The translations under genes were made by a program, and so were the position numbers. From an uncultured Corynebacterium sp. (GTDB taxonomy: Bacteria; Actinomycetota; Actinomycetes; Mycobacteriales; Mycobacteriaceae), in the NCBI GenBank assembly GCA_943908385.1, contig CALTTF010000002.1, positions 4,526-68,525 on the forward strand: a stretch of DNA of 64,000 bases. Direction: 5' to 3'. Each line of letters starts with the position of its first letter. Within the stretch, counting starts at the first letter, position 1. The notes under the pieces were generated by a model. The model saw only the letters and a list, made by a program, of their open reading frames with translations. It was not told where the DNA came from and searched no databases. Below, one piece after another: positions 44,192-53,706 of this stretch.

Positions 44192-44791
44192 TCAGTCGAC
44201 ACTGCCGCCGAGCAGCACCGCGAGCGCAGGCTCGTCGCCGGCGTTGATGAGGTGGAGAGTCTTCACGCCTTGATTGGTGAAACCAATAGTCTCTGGTTCC
44301 AGCGAAATGTCCTCCAGGTAGAGGTCGCCGTGAACATTCAGGACCGCGTGCGCGTATTTCTGGTCAATGACGAAGACGAATTCTTCGTGCGGCTTGATGC
44401 GCAATTCCGCGGCGACAATATCCGGGCCAAAATCGACTGGGCCAGTCTGGCCGAAGATAGAGCCGGCGAAGACGCGCGCCTCCCCCGCCTCGTTGGTGTT
44501 GAAGCCGGTGAGGCTGAAGGATTTCGGTAGCTGCTGTTCAAAATCTAGACGATCTCCACTATTGAGTGCATCCAGGCTAAGCAGAAGGCTGCGGCGTTCG
44601 GTATTTTGAGCGCCTGCATGGAGGACACCGGGATTCTCGTCGTCGGAGAACTCCCATGTGATCGCGATGGCGTTGTCGTTGGGAAGCATGCCGATGGAAT
44701 GCCAGGCACCCGGGCCGGTGTGCGGCTCGATGGGCAGCGGGCGGACATCCACGTCTGCCGCGCCTGGGCGGCGTTCCTGCGGGGTGGTCAT
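44192..44791 (-). CDS. Degenerate pirin-like (C-terminal cupin) protein
   Basis: ARVFAGSIFGQTGPV...AELRI...HAVL...AVLLGG resembles the pirin C-terminal domain. Confidence 0.55.
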   Translation of the reverse strand: MTTPQERRPGAADVDVRPLPIEPHTGPGAWHSIGMLPNDNAIAITWEFSDDENPGVLHAGAQNTERRSLLLSLDALNSGDRLDFEQQLPKSFSLTGFNTNEAGEARVFAGSIFGQTGPVDFGPDIVAAELRIKPHEEFVFVIDQKYAHAVLNVHGDLYLEDISLEPETIGFTNQGVKTLHLINAGDEPALAVLLGGSVD

Positions 44792-44810
44792 GAGCCAAAG
44801 GCTACATTAG

Positions 44811-45989
44811 CTACCGCAGTAGCGGGCGGGCGCGCAGACTCAGCTCGATGAGGGCCAAAGTGCCGAGCACCGCGGTGATGAGCAGGGTGCCGGGGAAGAA
44901 GCCGGAATCGACGGGAACGGCGCCGACAGCGGAGCCGCTGGCGATACCGACCTGGAAAGTGACGACGTAGATAGACGAAGCACGGTTCTGGTTCGTATTT
45001 CCGGCGAAGAGGAAGACGGTCGTGGCGACAGTCGGCAGGCCGCCGCCGGCAAGACCGAGGAAGCCGACAACGAGAACGGCGAGGATGAAGCCGAGAACGT
45101 AGGAACCGCTGCTGACGGTGAGCGCAAGGGCACCGGTGAGACCAGCCAGGATGATCAAGCCGGTGCCGACCATATTCATCCGGATCATGCGGCGGTCCGC
45201 ACGCTGGCCGGCAGCGACCACACCGATGATTCCGAAGATGCCGTAGGCGGCGAGGCCGATGGCGACGAACTCCGGGCCGGCGGTGCGGTGCACGAAGAGG
45301 CCGAGGTAGGTGTACGTGCAGAAGAGTGCGGTGATGACGAGGGCGAGGTAGAGCACAAGTGCTGGGAGTGCCGACCGCTTCTGCTCCCCTTCCTTCTTGC
45401 CGGCCGGCGGAATCGCGGGCATGGAGGGAAGCAGGAAGAACAGCAGGGTGAATGCGAGGGCGACGAAGCCGCCCAGAATCCACGTGGCGATCCGCCAGCC
45501 GAAGGCGCCGCCGAGCAGCGTCGTGAGCGGCGACCCCACCACGAGAGCCATTGTGGAGCCCAGAGAAACGACGCCGACGGCCTTGCCTGTCATGCCTGCC
45601 GGGGCGAGGCGCGCAGCCATGGGGTTGACCAAGGACCAGAACAGGCCGTGGGTGAGCGCGGCGCAGATGCGCGCGACGGCGAGCATCCAGTAATTGCCGG
45701 CAGTGGCCTGCAGCGCGATGCCGGCGATGAGGAAGACGAGCGTGGCCATGAAGACCGGTTTTCGGTCCAACCGGCGGGTGACCTCCATCAGGGGGATGGT
45801 CACCACGGCGACGATCGAGGCGTACACCGTCATGAGCAGGCCCACCTGGCCCTCGCTCACCCCGAGGTCGCGCGACATCGGGGTGATCAGCCCGACAGCG
45901 AACATCTCGAATGTCACGTACACGAAGGCCGCGAAGCCCATTGCGGACAGCGGCAGGTACGGGAAAGACGTCTTCTGGGAAACAGACAC
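44811..45989 (-). CDS. MFS transporter (AraJ/NepI-like)
   Basis: AFVYVTFEMFAVGLI, VGLLMTVYA, RRLDRK, ARICAALTHG, GWR; about 12 TMs. Confidence 0.92.
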   Translation of the reverse strand: MSVSQKTSFPYLPLSAMGFAAFVYVTFEMFAVGLITPMSRDLGVSEGQVGLLMTVYASIVAVVTIPLMEVTRRLDRKPVFMATLVFLIAGIALQATAGNYWMLAVARICAALTHGLFWSLVNPMAARLAPAGMTGKAVGVVSLGSTMALVVGSPLTTLLGGAFGWRIATWILGGFVALAFTLLFFLLPSMPAIPPAGKKEGEQKRSALPALVLYLALVITALFCTYTYLGLFVHRTAGPEFVAIGLAAYGIFGIIGVVAAGQRADRRMIRMNMVGTGLIILAGLTGALALTVSSGSYVLGFILAVLVVGFLGLAGGGLPTVATTVFLFAGNTNQNRASSIYVVTFQVGIASGSAVGAVPVDSGFFPGTLLITAVLGTLALIELSLRARPLLR

Positions 45990-46104
45990 ATCCCCACGCT
46001 AAACCGTGATTCGGGGACGCGCGAACCTGGCGGGAGGGTTTCCTATTCAAATGTCCCACTTGAGTGGTACAACATTAAAAGATTCGCAGTTAGACGGAGA
46101 GACA

Positions 46105-46839
46105 ATGCCCTACCAACCCGGCCCGTGGACGTCGAAGCACACAGGCAAGACATACCCGACGATCACGCAGTACGACCAGAAACACCTGGTGCTCATGGTG
46201 TTCTTCATCATGCTGTGCGGCATTCTCGTCGTGGCGGTGAAGAAGCTGCCGGGTTCGGTGGTGAAGGCTTCGCGCAAGGTCGCTGGAGCGATCATGGGGA
46301 TCATTTCTGTGGCGTACTTCCTCTGGGTGCTCAACCCGAAGCGTCTGGTGTGGGACGAGACGGCGCCGTTCCACATCACCGACGCGCTGCGCGTGATCAC
46401 TCCCCTGGCGCTGGGCACGGGCAACCCGACGGCGACGGCGATCAGCTACTACTGGGGTCTCTTCCTCAACCCGATGGCGCTGTTCTTCCCCGACATGGCT
46501 TTCGTGCAGGACAACAAGGTGCTGCAGGAGGTCGCATACTGGTACTTCCACATGGCGGCCAGCGTCGTGCCCGTCGTGCTCACCTTCGGGTTGGGCTACC
46601 GCCCGAGCTGGAAAGACTGGCGCATGATCACGGGCGTGACGCTCGCATGGGGCGCATTTGCTGCGACGATGAACAAATTCACCGGCGGCAACTACATGTT
46701 CCTCGCCGACCACCCGCGCGGCTGGTCGCCGCTGAACCTCTTCGGGCGCTGGCCGTGGTACTTGGCCATCGTCGGCCCGGGCGTGCTCGGTGTCTTCGCG
46801 CTGCTTACCGTTGTGTGGAAGCTGCCGGCAGACCGCTGA
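46105..46839 (+). CDS. YwaF/TMEM164-like integral membrane protein
   Basis: PFHITD, YYWG, YWYFH, GNYMFL, GRWPWY motifs; GGAG RBS before ATG 46105. Confidence 0.8.
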   Translation: MPYQPGPWTSKHTGKTYPTITQYDQKHLVLMVFFIMLCGILVVAVKKLPGSVVKASRKVAGAIMGIISVAYFLWVLNPKRLVWDETAPFHITDALRVITPLALGTGNPTATAISYYWGLFLNPMALFFPDMAFVQDNKVLQEVAYWYFHMAASVVPVVLTFGLGYRPSWKDWRMITGVTLAWGAFAATMNKFTGGNYMFLADHPRGWSPLNLFGRWPWYLAIVGPGVLGVFALLTVVWKLPADR

Positions 46840-48400
46840 ACCGGTGCAGCTTCGCCGTCGCGGCGGGCACGGCTTCCGCGATAGCTGAGGCGCGGGCGGG
46901 AGCGGGCCCAAACGGGGTGTGTGCCGCGAGCGCGCTGGCGGCCGCGTGGATGACCACGGGCTGAGTATCACTCAGGAAGGCATCGTTTCCCCAGCGTGCA
47001 GCTATTTGTGCGAGGTGCGCGCCGGTGATTCCGGAGAGCACGTCGCCGGAACCGGGTGTCGCCGCCCACGAGGTGCCGGCATCGATGACGGAGTCCGCGG
47101 ATTCGTGGCGGGGGTCGCACAGGATGGTGCTGCGCCCTTTGCGCAGCACCATGCAATTGAAGGATTCGGCCACCGCGCGGGTCTCAGCCAGCCGGTCGGA
47201 CTCGGCGATGCCCTCCGCATCGCGCAGCCGGGCGAATTCGCCGTCGTGCGGGGTCAGCATTGTCTGTGCATTGCGGTTGCGGAGCAGCTCGCGCAGCTCG
47301 GGGTCGAGGGAGAGGAGGGTGAGGCCGTCGGCGTCGATAAGCAACGGCTCCTCGCGGCCGAGCAAATACGCGAGCTCGCTGCGCGCGGTACTGTCTGTGC
47401 CCGTGCCGGGGCCGAATACCCAGGCTTGGACGCGGCCGGCATCTTCGAGCTTGTGCGTGACGACGACTTCCGGAAGCGCCCGCACCACCTCGAGTGCCTG
47501 CGGGCCGGCGTAGCGGACCATCGACGGGGTGGCGTGCACGGCGCCCGAGACGCACAGGATTGCCGCGCCGGGATATGTGCCACTTCCTGCGCGGATGCCC
47601 ACAACGCCACCGGAGTATTTGTCGTCGCGGAACCGCGGCTCCATGCCAGGGACGTTGGTCGCGGTGAGCCGTGCGAAACTTTCGGGCCACTCGTGGTCGT
47701 CGGCGACCGCGCGGTGGAGCATGACCGGGGACGCCAGGGGCGAGAGGTTGCCGCTGATCGTGCGGCCGTCCGCCAGGTGCGGATCGGCGAGCAACTGAAT
47801 GCCGCACTCGGGGGCGAGGCCGTGGGCGAGGCGCCAGCCGCCGAACGTGACTGTGGCATCGGCGGTGACGTGGAACTCGCCCTTCTCGCCCGTGTCCGCG
47901 TCGATGCCGGAAGGCACGTCGACGGCCAGCACGTGTGCGTACCAGTCGGCGAGGCCCTGGATGACGCGGCCGGTCTGCTCGTCGAGGCCGCCGGCGCCGC
48001 CGAGACCGGTGAGCCCGTCGATGGCGAAGCGGTATTCGCGCAGGTCCTCTGGCAGATCTGTGAGCACCGTGCCGCCAGCATTGCGAAAGGCTTCCAGCGC
48101 CGGTTCGTGGGCGCTCCCCCACGCCAGCCACGCGTCGACGGTGTGGCCGGCCAGGGCGAGCTCCGCACCGGCATAGAGTGCGTCGCCGCCGTTGCCGCCT
48201 GTGCCCACCAACAGGAGTGTCCTGCGGTTTTGGCGGAAATCGGCCAAGGGATCGGGCCATGCGAGCATCGCCTCGGCGGCCTCGAAGACGGCGTGGGCGG
48301 CGGACTTCATCAGCTCGTCCGTGCTGGCCTGCGCATCCAGCAAGGGCTTCTCGGCCGAGCGGATCTGATCGGCTGTGTACGCGTAAACCATGTTCCCCAC
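46805..48400 (-). CDS. nnr: Bifunctional NAD(P)HX epimerase/dehydratase
   Basis: GTGGNGGDAL, AVDVPSG, LIDADGL, LTPHDGEFARL, ATPGSGDVLSG. Confidence 0.93.
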   Translation of the reverse strand: MGNMVYAYTADQIRSAEKPLLDAQASTDELMKSAAHAVFEAAEAMLAWPDPLADFRQNRRTLLLVGTGGNGGDALYAGAELALAGHTVDAWLAWGSAHEPALEAFRNAGGTVLTDLPEDLREYRFAIDGLTGLGGAGGLDEQTGRVIQGLADWYAHVLAVDVPSGIDADTGEKGEFHVTADATVTFGGWRLAHGLAPECGIQLLADPHLADGRTISGNLSPLASPVMLHRAVADDHEWPESFARLTATNVPGMEPRFRDDKYSGGVVGIRAGSGTYPGAAILCVSGAVHATPSMVRYAGPQALEVVRALPEVVVTHKLEDAGRVQAWVFGPGTGTDSTARSELAYLLGREEPLLIDADGLTLLSLDPELRELLRNRNAQTMLTPHDGEFARLRDAEGIAESDRLAETRAVAESFNCMVLRKGRSTILCDPRHESADSVIDAGTSWAATPGSGDVLSGITGAHLAQIAARWGNDAFLSDTQPVVIHAAASALAAHTPFGPAPARASAIAEAVPAATAKLHRFSGLPAASTQR

Positions 48401-48421
48401 GGTAGCGGGACAATCTGTGAG

Positions 48422-49030
48422 CTACTGGATGATGCGCTTTTGTCGCGCCGCGGCGATGGCGGCGGTGCGGTTGTCCACACCGAGTTTGCTGTAGATGTGC
48501 ACCAGGTGCGTTTTCACCGTCGCGGCCGAGATGAACAGCTGGGTGGCGATGTCCCGGTTGGACGCTCCGGTGGCCAGGGCCTCGAGGATCTCGATCTCGC
48601 GGGCGCTCAGCGCGACATCGGGGCGGGTGAGGCGTTCGGCCAGAACGTTCGCCACCTGCGGGGACAGGGTGCGCTCCCCCTTCGCGGCGGCGAGCACCGC
48701 GGCGCGCAGGTCCTCCTCCGGGGCGTCTTTGAGCACGTATCCTAAAGCCCCGGCTTCCATCGCGCCGACGACATCGGCCTGCGTGTCGTAGGTGGTCAGG
48801 ATCAGCACCGGCGGCCCGCCCGCGGCCTGCAGTCTCTGGGCCACTTCGATGCCGCTCACCGTGGGCATCTGGATATCGGTCACCACGACATCGACGTCGT
48901 CGGGGAGATCCTCGATGGCGGAACCGTCGGAGCCCTGCGCCACGACCTCGATCTGACCGTCGCTTTCCAGCACGGCGCGGAGGCCGGCGCGGACGACGGG
49001 GTGGTCGTCGATAAGCATGATGCGGACCAT
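48422..49030 (-). CDS. chrA: NarL/LuxR-family response regulator (ChrA-like)
   Basis: IDDHPVVRAG, DIQMP, LTTYD, LSAREIEIL, TVKTHLVHIYSKLGV. Symbol inferred from context. Confidence 0.8.
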   Translation of the reverse strand: MVRIMLIDDHPVVRAGLRAVLESDGQIEVVAQGSDGSAIEDLPDDVDVVVTDIQMPTVSGIEVAQRLQAAGGPPVLILTTYDTQADVVGAMEAGALGYVLKDAPEEDLRAAVLAAAKGERTLSPQVANVLAERLTRPDVALSAREIEILEALATGASNRDIATQLFISAATVKTHLVHIYSKLGVDNRTAAIAAARQKRIIQ

Positions 49031-50184
49031 TAGTCCTCCAAGGGGATTCGTGCCGCGAGCACGGTGCTGCGCGGCGAGCTTTCGAGTTCGAGCGTGCCCC
49101 CGACTTCGGCGACGCGGGCGCGCAGGCCGGTCAGCCCGTGGCCCGGCGGGCGCTTCATGCCGGAGCCGTCGTCGAACACATCCACTGTGGCGACATTACC
49201 GAGTTTCTCCACGGTGACCACCGCCTTGCGCGCATGCGAATGGCGCACGATATTGCTCACGCCCTCGCGCACGACGCGCTCGACCACGTCCGCGGCCTCG
49301 CCCGTGATCTGGTCCGCGCCGGGCGCGACGAGGGTGAGGTCGAGCGGGGAATCGATCGCTTTCTGCCTGCTGCGTGCCGACGCCGCGACCGCCTCGAGCC
49401 GCTCGCTCAACGGGGCCGCCTCCGGCGAGTTCGCCGCGACGAAACGCCGCGCTTCCGACAAATTCTCGCTGGCCGTCTCCACGATCGTGCCGAGGATCTC
49501 CTGCGCCTTGCCCTTGCGCGACGGGTCCCCGGACTCGAGGTGGCCGGCGGCGACCCGGCCGAAGAGAACGATGCTGCTCAAGCCCTGCGCCATCGTGTCG
49601 TGGACCTCGCGTGCCAGGCGCGTGCGTTCCTGGAGTGCGCCGGCCTGGTACTGGCTCTCGGCGAGCTCCATCTGCGTGGCCTCGAGGCGCGTGGCGATGA
49701 GCTTGTAGTGCTCGGCTTCCCCGCGCAGTGCCTGGTAGGCGAAGCTGGCCACCACCGCGACCAGCGTGCCGATGGTCGGACCGATGATTCCCCCGATCCC
49801 CGTCTCCGGGGCCATCACCGCCACGGTGAATGCCCCCGCCGCGAGCGAGACCGCGATGCCCACCGTTGCCGGAAGCAGGTAGCACGCGAGCATGACCAGG
49901 GGGAACTCCAGCCACGCGAAGTCCGGGGAGGCCCACACCAGCGCCACCCAGAGCGCGGCGACAATGCCCAGCCACGCGGCGCCGGCACCCGGCCGGAAAT
50001 CGCGCCCGCGGTGGTGCATGACCGTGCCCGCGAGGTAGAGCACGGAGAAGAGCGCCGCCAGGCACACGGTCAGCGCGGGGACCCGCGAGTACTGCACACC
50101 GAGCAGACCCACGACAAGGAGCACCGCGACGAGCACGTGCAGGCTCACGCGGAGGAAAGCGAGGATATTGCGTGTCGTCTTCAC
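49030..50184 (-). CDS. chrS: Membrane sensor histidine kinase (ChrS-like, heme responsive)
   Basis: LRVSLHVL N-terminal TM with His, ERTRLAREVHDTMAQGLSSI, EGVSNIVRH, DDGSG; divergent from an hrtBA-like ABC pair. Confidence 0.8.
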   Translation of the reverse strand: MKTTRNILAFLRVSLHVLVAVLLVVGLLGVQYSRVPALTVCLAALFSVLYLAGTVMHHRGRDFRPGAGAAWLGIVAALWVALVWASPDFAWLEFPLVMLACYLLPATVGIAVSLAAGAFTVAVMAPETGIGGIIGPTIGTLVAVVASFAYQALRGEAEHYKLIATRLEATQMELAESQYQAGALQERTRLAREVHDTMAQGLSSIVLFGRVAAGHLESGDPSRKGKAQEILGTIVETASENLSEARRFVAANSPEAAPLSERLEAVAASARSRQKAIDSPLDLTLVAPGADQITGEAADVVERVVREGVSNIVRHSHARKAVVTVEKLGNVATVDVFDDGSGMKRPPGHGLTGLRARVAEVGGTLELESSPRSTVLAARIPLED

Positions 50185-50236
50185 AGCTACTCACCGTATC
50201 GCGCGGTGAATCGCAGGATCTGCCGCACACCGCGAA

Positions 50237-50252
50237 TCAACCGATCGGTTGA
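50237..50252. promoter_or_regulatory. Palindromic operator, probable ChrA binding site
   Basis: Perfect palindrome TCAACCGATCGGTTGA in the divergent chrS/hrtB gap. Confidence 0.65.
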
Positions 50253-50311
50253 CCGGCAAATCACCCGCTCACCCGATGTGGTCTGACCTGCAACGACGTC
50301 AAAATAGAGCC

Positions 50312-51301
50312 ATGTTTGTTGCACTGAGAGATTTGCTGAATGCCAAAGGGCGCTTCGGCCTCATCGCGGGCGTGGTCGCCCTCGTGACGTTCCTCGTGGT
50401 CATGCTCACCGGCCTCACCGCCGGCCTGGGCAAGCAGAACACCTCTGCTCTCGAGGCCCTCGACCCCGCCACCGTGACGTTCGACGACGCCGACAACCAG
50501 TCCTACACCACCTCCCGCATCGCAGAAGCCGATGAGGGAACCACTCCGCTGGGCACCGGCCAGACGCTGATGACCCGCGCCGACGGCACGGAAGATTCCG
50601 TCGCCGTCCTGGGTCTCCCGTCTGGTACCGAGCTGCCGACCGGCCAAGTGCTCGAGGATCACGCGATCGCGTCCGAGTCGCTCGAGCTTGCCGACGGCGA
50701 GTCCATCACCGTCGGCGGCACCCCCGTCACGGTGAGCGGGCAGGCCGACGACCTGTACTTTGCCCACTCCCCCGTCCTGTGGGTCCCGACTGAGACCTGG
50801 CAGGCGGCCATGCACACCGACGCGGTGGGCACGGTCGAGCTGTCCGACAACAAGGACACCGCCCCGGAAGGCTCCGTCTCGCTGAAGGATTCCTTCGAGG
50901 CGCTGCCCGCCTACTCCTCTGAGCAGGGCTCCCTGAAGATGATCCAGGGTTTCCTCTACCTCATCTCCGCGCTGGTCACCGTCGCCTTCCTGAGTGTGTG
51001 GACGGCGCAGCGCACCCGCGACCTGTCCATCCTCAAGGCCATCGGCGCTTCCAACGGCTACTTGCTCAAGGACAGCATCGGCCAGGCCGCGCTGATTCTC
51101 GCGCTCGGTGCCCTGGTCGGCACCGCCGCCGCCTTTGGGCTTGGGCTGCTGGCCGCGAAGGTTGCACCGTTCGTCCTCTCTCCTGCCAGCGTGATTCTTC
51201 CGGCCCTGGCCATCTGGATCCTCGGCATGGGCGGCGCTGCGTTGGCCACCCGCTCAATCTCCCGCGTCGACCCGCAACTCGCACTTGGAGGTGCAGCCTA
51301 A
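50312..51301 (+). CDS. hrtB: FtsX-like ABC permease (HrtB-like heme exporter)
   Basis: MFVALRDL...GRFGLI, LTGLTAGLGKQN, YSSEQGSL, WTAQRTRDLSILKAIGAS. Confidence 0.8.
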   Translation: MFVALRDLLNAKGRFGLIAGVVALVTFLVVMLTGLTAGLGKQNTSALEALDPATVTFDDADNQSYTTSRIAEADEGTTPLGTGQTLMTRADGTEDSVAVLGLPSGTELPTGQVLEDHAIASESLELADGESITVGGTPVTVSGQADDLYFAHSPVLWVPTETWQAAMHTDAVGTVELSDNKDTAPEGSVSLKDSFEALPAYSSEQGSLKMIQGFLYLISALVTVAFLSVWTAQRTRDLSILKAIGASNGYLLKDSIGQAALILALGALVGTAAAFGLGLLAAKVAPFVLSPASVILPALAIWILGMGGAALATRSISRVDPQLALGGAA

Positions 51302-52015
51302 ATGACTACCGCAACTGATACCCGCCGCACGTCCCACTCCTCCACCGGCACTGCCCCGGCACTGTCGATGACGGATGTCACCGTCACCTTCCCCGACGGC
51401 GATGGCCGCATCACTGCGCTGGACCGCGCCACCTTGTCGGCTGATCCGTGCACCGTCACCTTCGTCGTCGGCGCTTCCGGCTCCGGCAAGTCGACGCTGC
51501 TGTCCGCCGCCGCGGGCCTGCTCACCCCGGATTCCGGCACCGTCGAAGTCGCCGGCGAACCGATCAGCGACAAGGTCCGCCTCAATCGCATCGGCATGGT
51601 CTTCCAGCAGCCGAACCTCATTGCCTCGCTGACCGTCCGCGACCAGCTGCTGGTCACCGAGCATATCCGCGGCGTGCGCGGCAAGGAACTGCGCGCCAAG
51701 AAGTCCCACGCGAACGACCTGCTCGCACTCGTCGGCCTCGAGGGCCTCGGCGACCGCCGCATGCAGCAGCTTTCCGGCGGCCAGCGCCAGCGCGTCGGCA
51801 TCGCCCGCGCGCTCATGGGCGAGCCGAGCCTCTTGCTTGCCGACGAGCCCACCGCCGCCTTAGACACCAACCGTTCCCAGGAGATCACCAAGCTCCTGCG
51901 CAATGTCACCGAGGAGCTCGGCCCGGCCTGCCTCATCGTCACCCACGAGACCGAGCTGATCGAGAGCGGCGACCGCGTCATCGAGGTCTCCGACGGCCGC
52001 GTCACGGAGGGTTAG
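51302..52015 (+). CDS. hrtA: ABC ATP-binding protein (HrtA-like)
   Basis: GASGSGKST, LSGGQRQR, LLADEPTAALD. Confidence 0.82.
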   Translation: MTTATDTRRTSHSSTGTAPALSMTDVTVTFPDGDGRITALDRATLSADPCTVTFVVGASGSGKSTLLSAAAGLLTPDSGTVEVAGEPISDKVRLNRIGMVFQQPNLIASLTVRDQLLVTEHIRGVRGKELRAKKSHANDLLALVGLEGLGDRRMQQLSGGQRQRVGIARALMGEPSLLLADEPTAALDTNRSQEITKLLRNVTEELGPACLIVTHETELIESGDRVIEVSDGRVTEG

Positions 52016-52183
52016 TCGGGCAGCGCGGGCAGCCCGCGCCATCGTGATCTTCTAAATACCTGTTCCAGGATTCCTATTCACAAGGTCACCGTTTGTGGCC
52101 CACTTCCACTCACGTGGAAAATAGGCATTTAGGAATGGGTATTTGGCGCTTCAGGGGGTGGCTATGGGCGGGGTGATGGCCGT

Positions 52184-52996
52184 CTACTGGCACTCGGGGC
52201 ACCAGTACAGCTTGCGGCCCTCGAGGACCTTCGTCTCGATGGGGGCGCCGCAGACATAGCAGGGGTCGGCGGCGCGGCGGTAGACATACACTTCGCCGCC
52301 GTGGTCGTCCTTGCGGGGTGGGCGCCCCATCGCCTCGGGCGTGTGCTCGGGGCGGACGGTGTCGATGCGGCCGTGGTCGACGCCGTAGGCCATGAGCTCG
52401 GCCAGATCAGTCCAGATCGCATCGAATTGGGCGCGGTCCAGCTGGTTGCCGGGCAGCGCGGGGTCGATGCCCTGCCGGAACAGCACCTCGGCGCGGTAAA
52501 TATTGCCCACGCCGGCGAACAGCTTCTGGTCCATCAGCATCGAACCGATGGTGCGCTTCGAACGGTGGACGCGCTCCCACAGCGCGGCGGGCGGGTCCAG
52601 CTCGACGATGGGATCGAAGCCGGACTTATCGACGATCGCAGCCGCCTCCCCCGGCGTCATCAGCTCGCATTTCTGCGGGCCGCGCAGGTTGGCGGCTGTC
52701 TTTCCGTTGGAGATGTGCAGCCGCATCTGGCCCCACTCGTCGGCGGCGGGCTCGAAGCGCAGAGAGCCGATCAGGCCCAGGTGGATATAGATCGTGTGCT
52801 CAGGTGTGCCCTGTTCAGACCCGAAGGTGATGAACAGGTGCTTGCCGTGGGCGGAGGCTTCGAGGAGGTGCGTGCCGTCGATAAGCGCTGCTTCTGTTGC
52901 GAATCTCCCCTGCGGGCTGGTCACTTCCACCGGGCCCGAGCGGAAGTCCGCGTTGAGCGTGCGGGCGAGGCGGTGGAGAACGTGACCTTCAGGCAT
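52184..52996 (-). CDS. Fpg/Nei family DNA glycosylase
   Basis: N-terminal MPEG, HLGLIG, DQKLFAGVGNIYRAE, zinc finger CYVC...CPECQ. Confidence 0.94.
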   Translation of the reverse strand: MPEGHVLHRLARTLNADFRSGPVEVTSPQGRFATEAALIDGTHLLEASAHGKHLFITFGSEQGTPEHTIYIHLGLIGSLRFEPAADEWGQMRLHISNGKTAANLRGPQKCELMTPGEAAAIVDKSGFDPIVELDPPAALWERVHRSKRTIGSMLMDQKLFAGVGNIYRAEVLFRQGIDPALPGNQLDRAQFDAIWTDLAELMAYGVDHGRIDTVRPEHTPEAMGRPPRKDDHGGEVYVYRRAADPCYVCGAPIETKVLEGRKLYWCPECQ

Positions 52997-53006
52997 TTAG
53001 CCGAGT

Positions 53007-53504
53007 CTACTTGGGCTCAACCGGGTTCTCGGAGACGACGACGCCGTCGGAATCGGCGTAGACGTACTCGCCCGGGACGAAGTCGACCCCGCCGAGTCGC
53101 AGGACGATATTCTCCTTGCCCACTCCGTCCTTCGCGGACTTGCGCGGGTTGGAGCCCAGCGCCTTGCAGCCGAAGTTCATCTTCGCCACCTCGGCGGAAT
53201 CACGGATCGGGCCGTTGATGATCACGCCGGCCCAGCCGTTCTTCACGCCCGCTTCCGCGATCATGTCGCCCATGAGCGCGGTGTGCATGCTGGCGTGACC
53301 GTCGACGACGAGCACCTTGCCCTCACCCGGCGAGTTCAGCGTCTTCTTCACAAGCCCGTTGTCCTGGAAGCAGGAAATGGTGTGGATCTCGCCGCAGAAA
53401 TCGACCGTGCCGCCGAAGTTGCGGAACTGGATATCGCAGCTGCGCACGTCCGTGTCGTGAATATCGGCGATGTCGGCGGTGGGGACGAACTGAATGTCGG
53501 CCAT
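53007..53504 (-). CDS. rraA: RraA family protein (RNase E regulator / HMG aldolase-like)
   Basis: [33 protein letters not shown]. Confidence 0.92.
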   Translation of the reverse strand: MADIQFVPTADIADIHDTDVRSCDIQFRNFGGTVDFCGEIHTISCFQDNGLVKKTLNSPGEGKVLVVDGHASMHTALMGDMIAEAGVKNGWAGVIINGPIRDSAEVAKMNFGCKALGSNPRKSAKDGVGKENIVLRLGGVDFVPGEYVYADSDGVVVSENPVEPK

Positions 53505-53653
53505 GACGGTGCTCCTTCGGTTCTACGGTGATTGACGTGTTCCGAGTTTACGCACTTGAACTAGGGCGAGTTGGTGGAATTCGGCTCTATTTGATGGATC
53601 GGCTGGCCTGTGACCTCGGCGATGAGCCCGGCAGTCTCACCACTAAGGGAACG

Positions 53654-53685
53654 AAAAACCCGCACTGCGCGGTGGCAGTGCGGGT
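53654..53685 (-). terminator. Intrinsic terminator of aceA
   Basis: 11-bp stem ACCCGCACTGC/GCAGTGCGGGT with a T-run on the minus strand. Confidence 0.88.
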
Positions 53686-53706
53686 GTGATCAGTTCAAGC
53701 TAGTGC

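Noticed and set aside
52104..52119. TTCCACTCACGTGGAA as a fifth parS
   Set aside because: Only the CACGTG core matches and the arms deviate; better explained as an inner hairpin of the 52052-52146 element.
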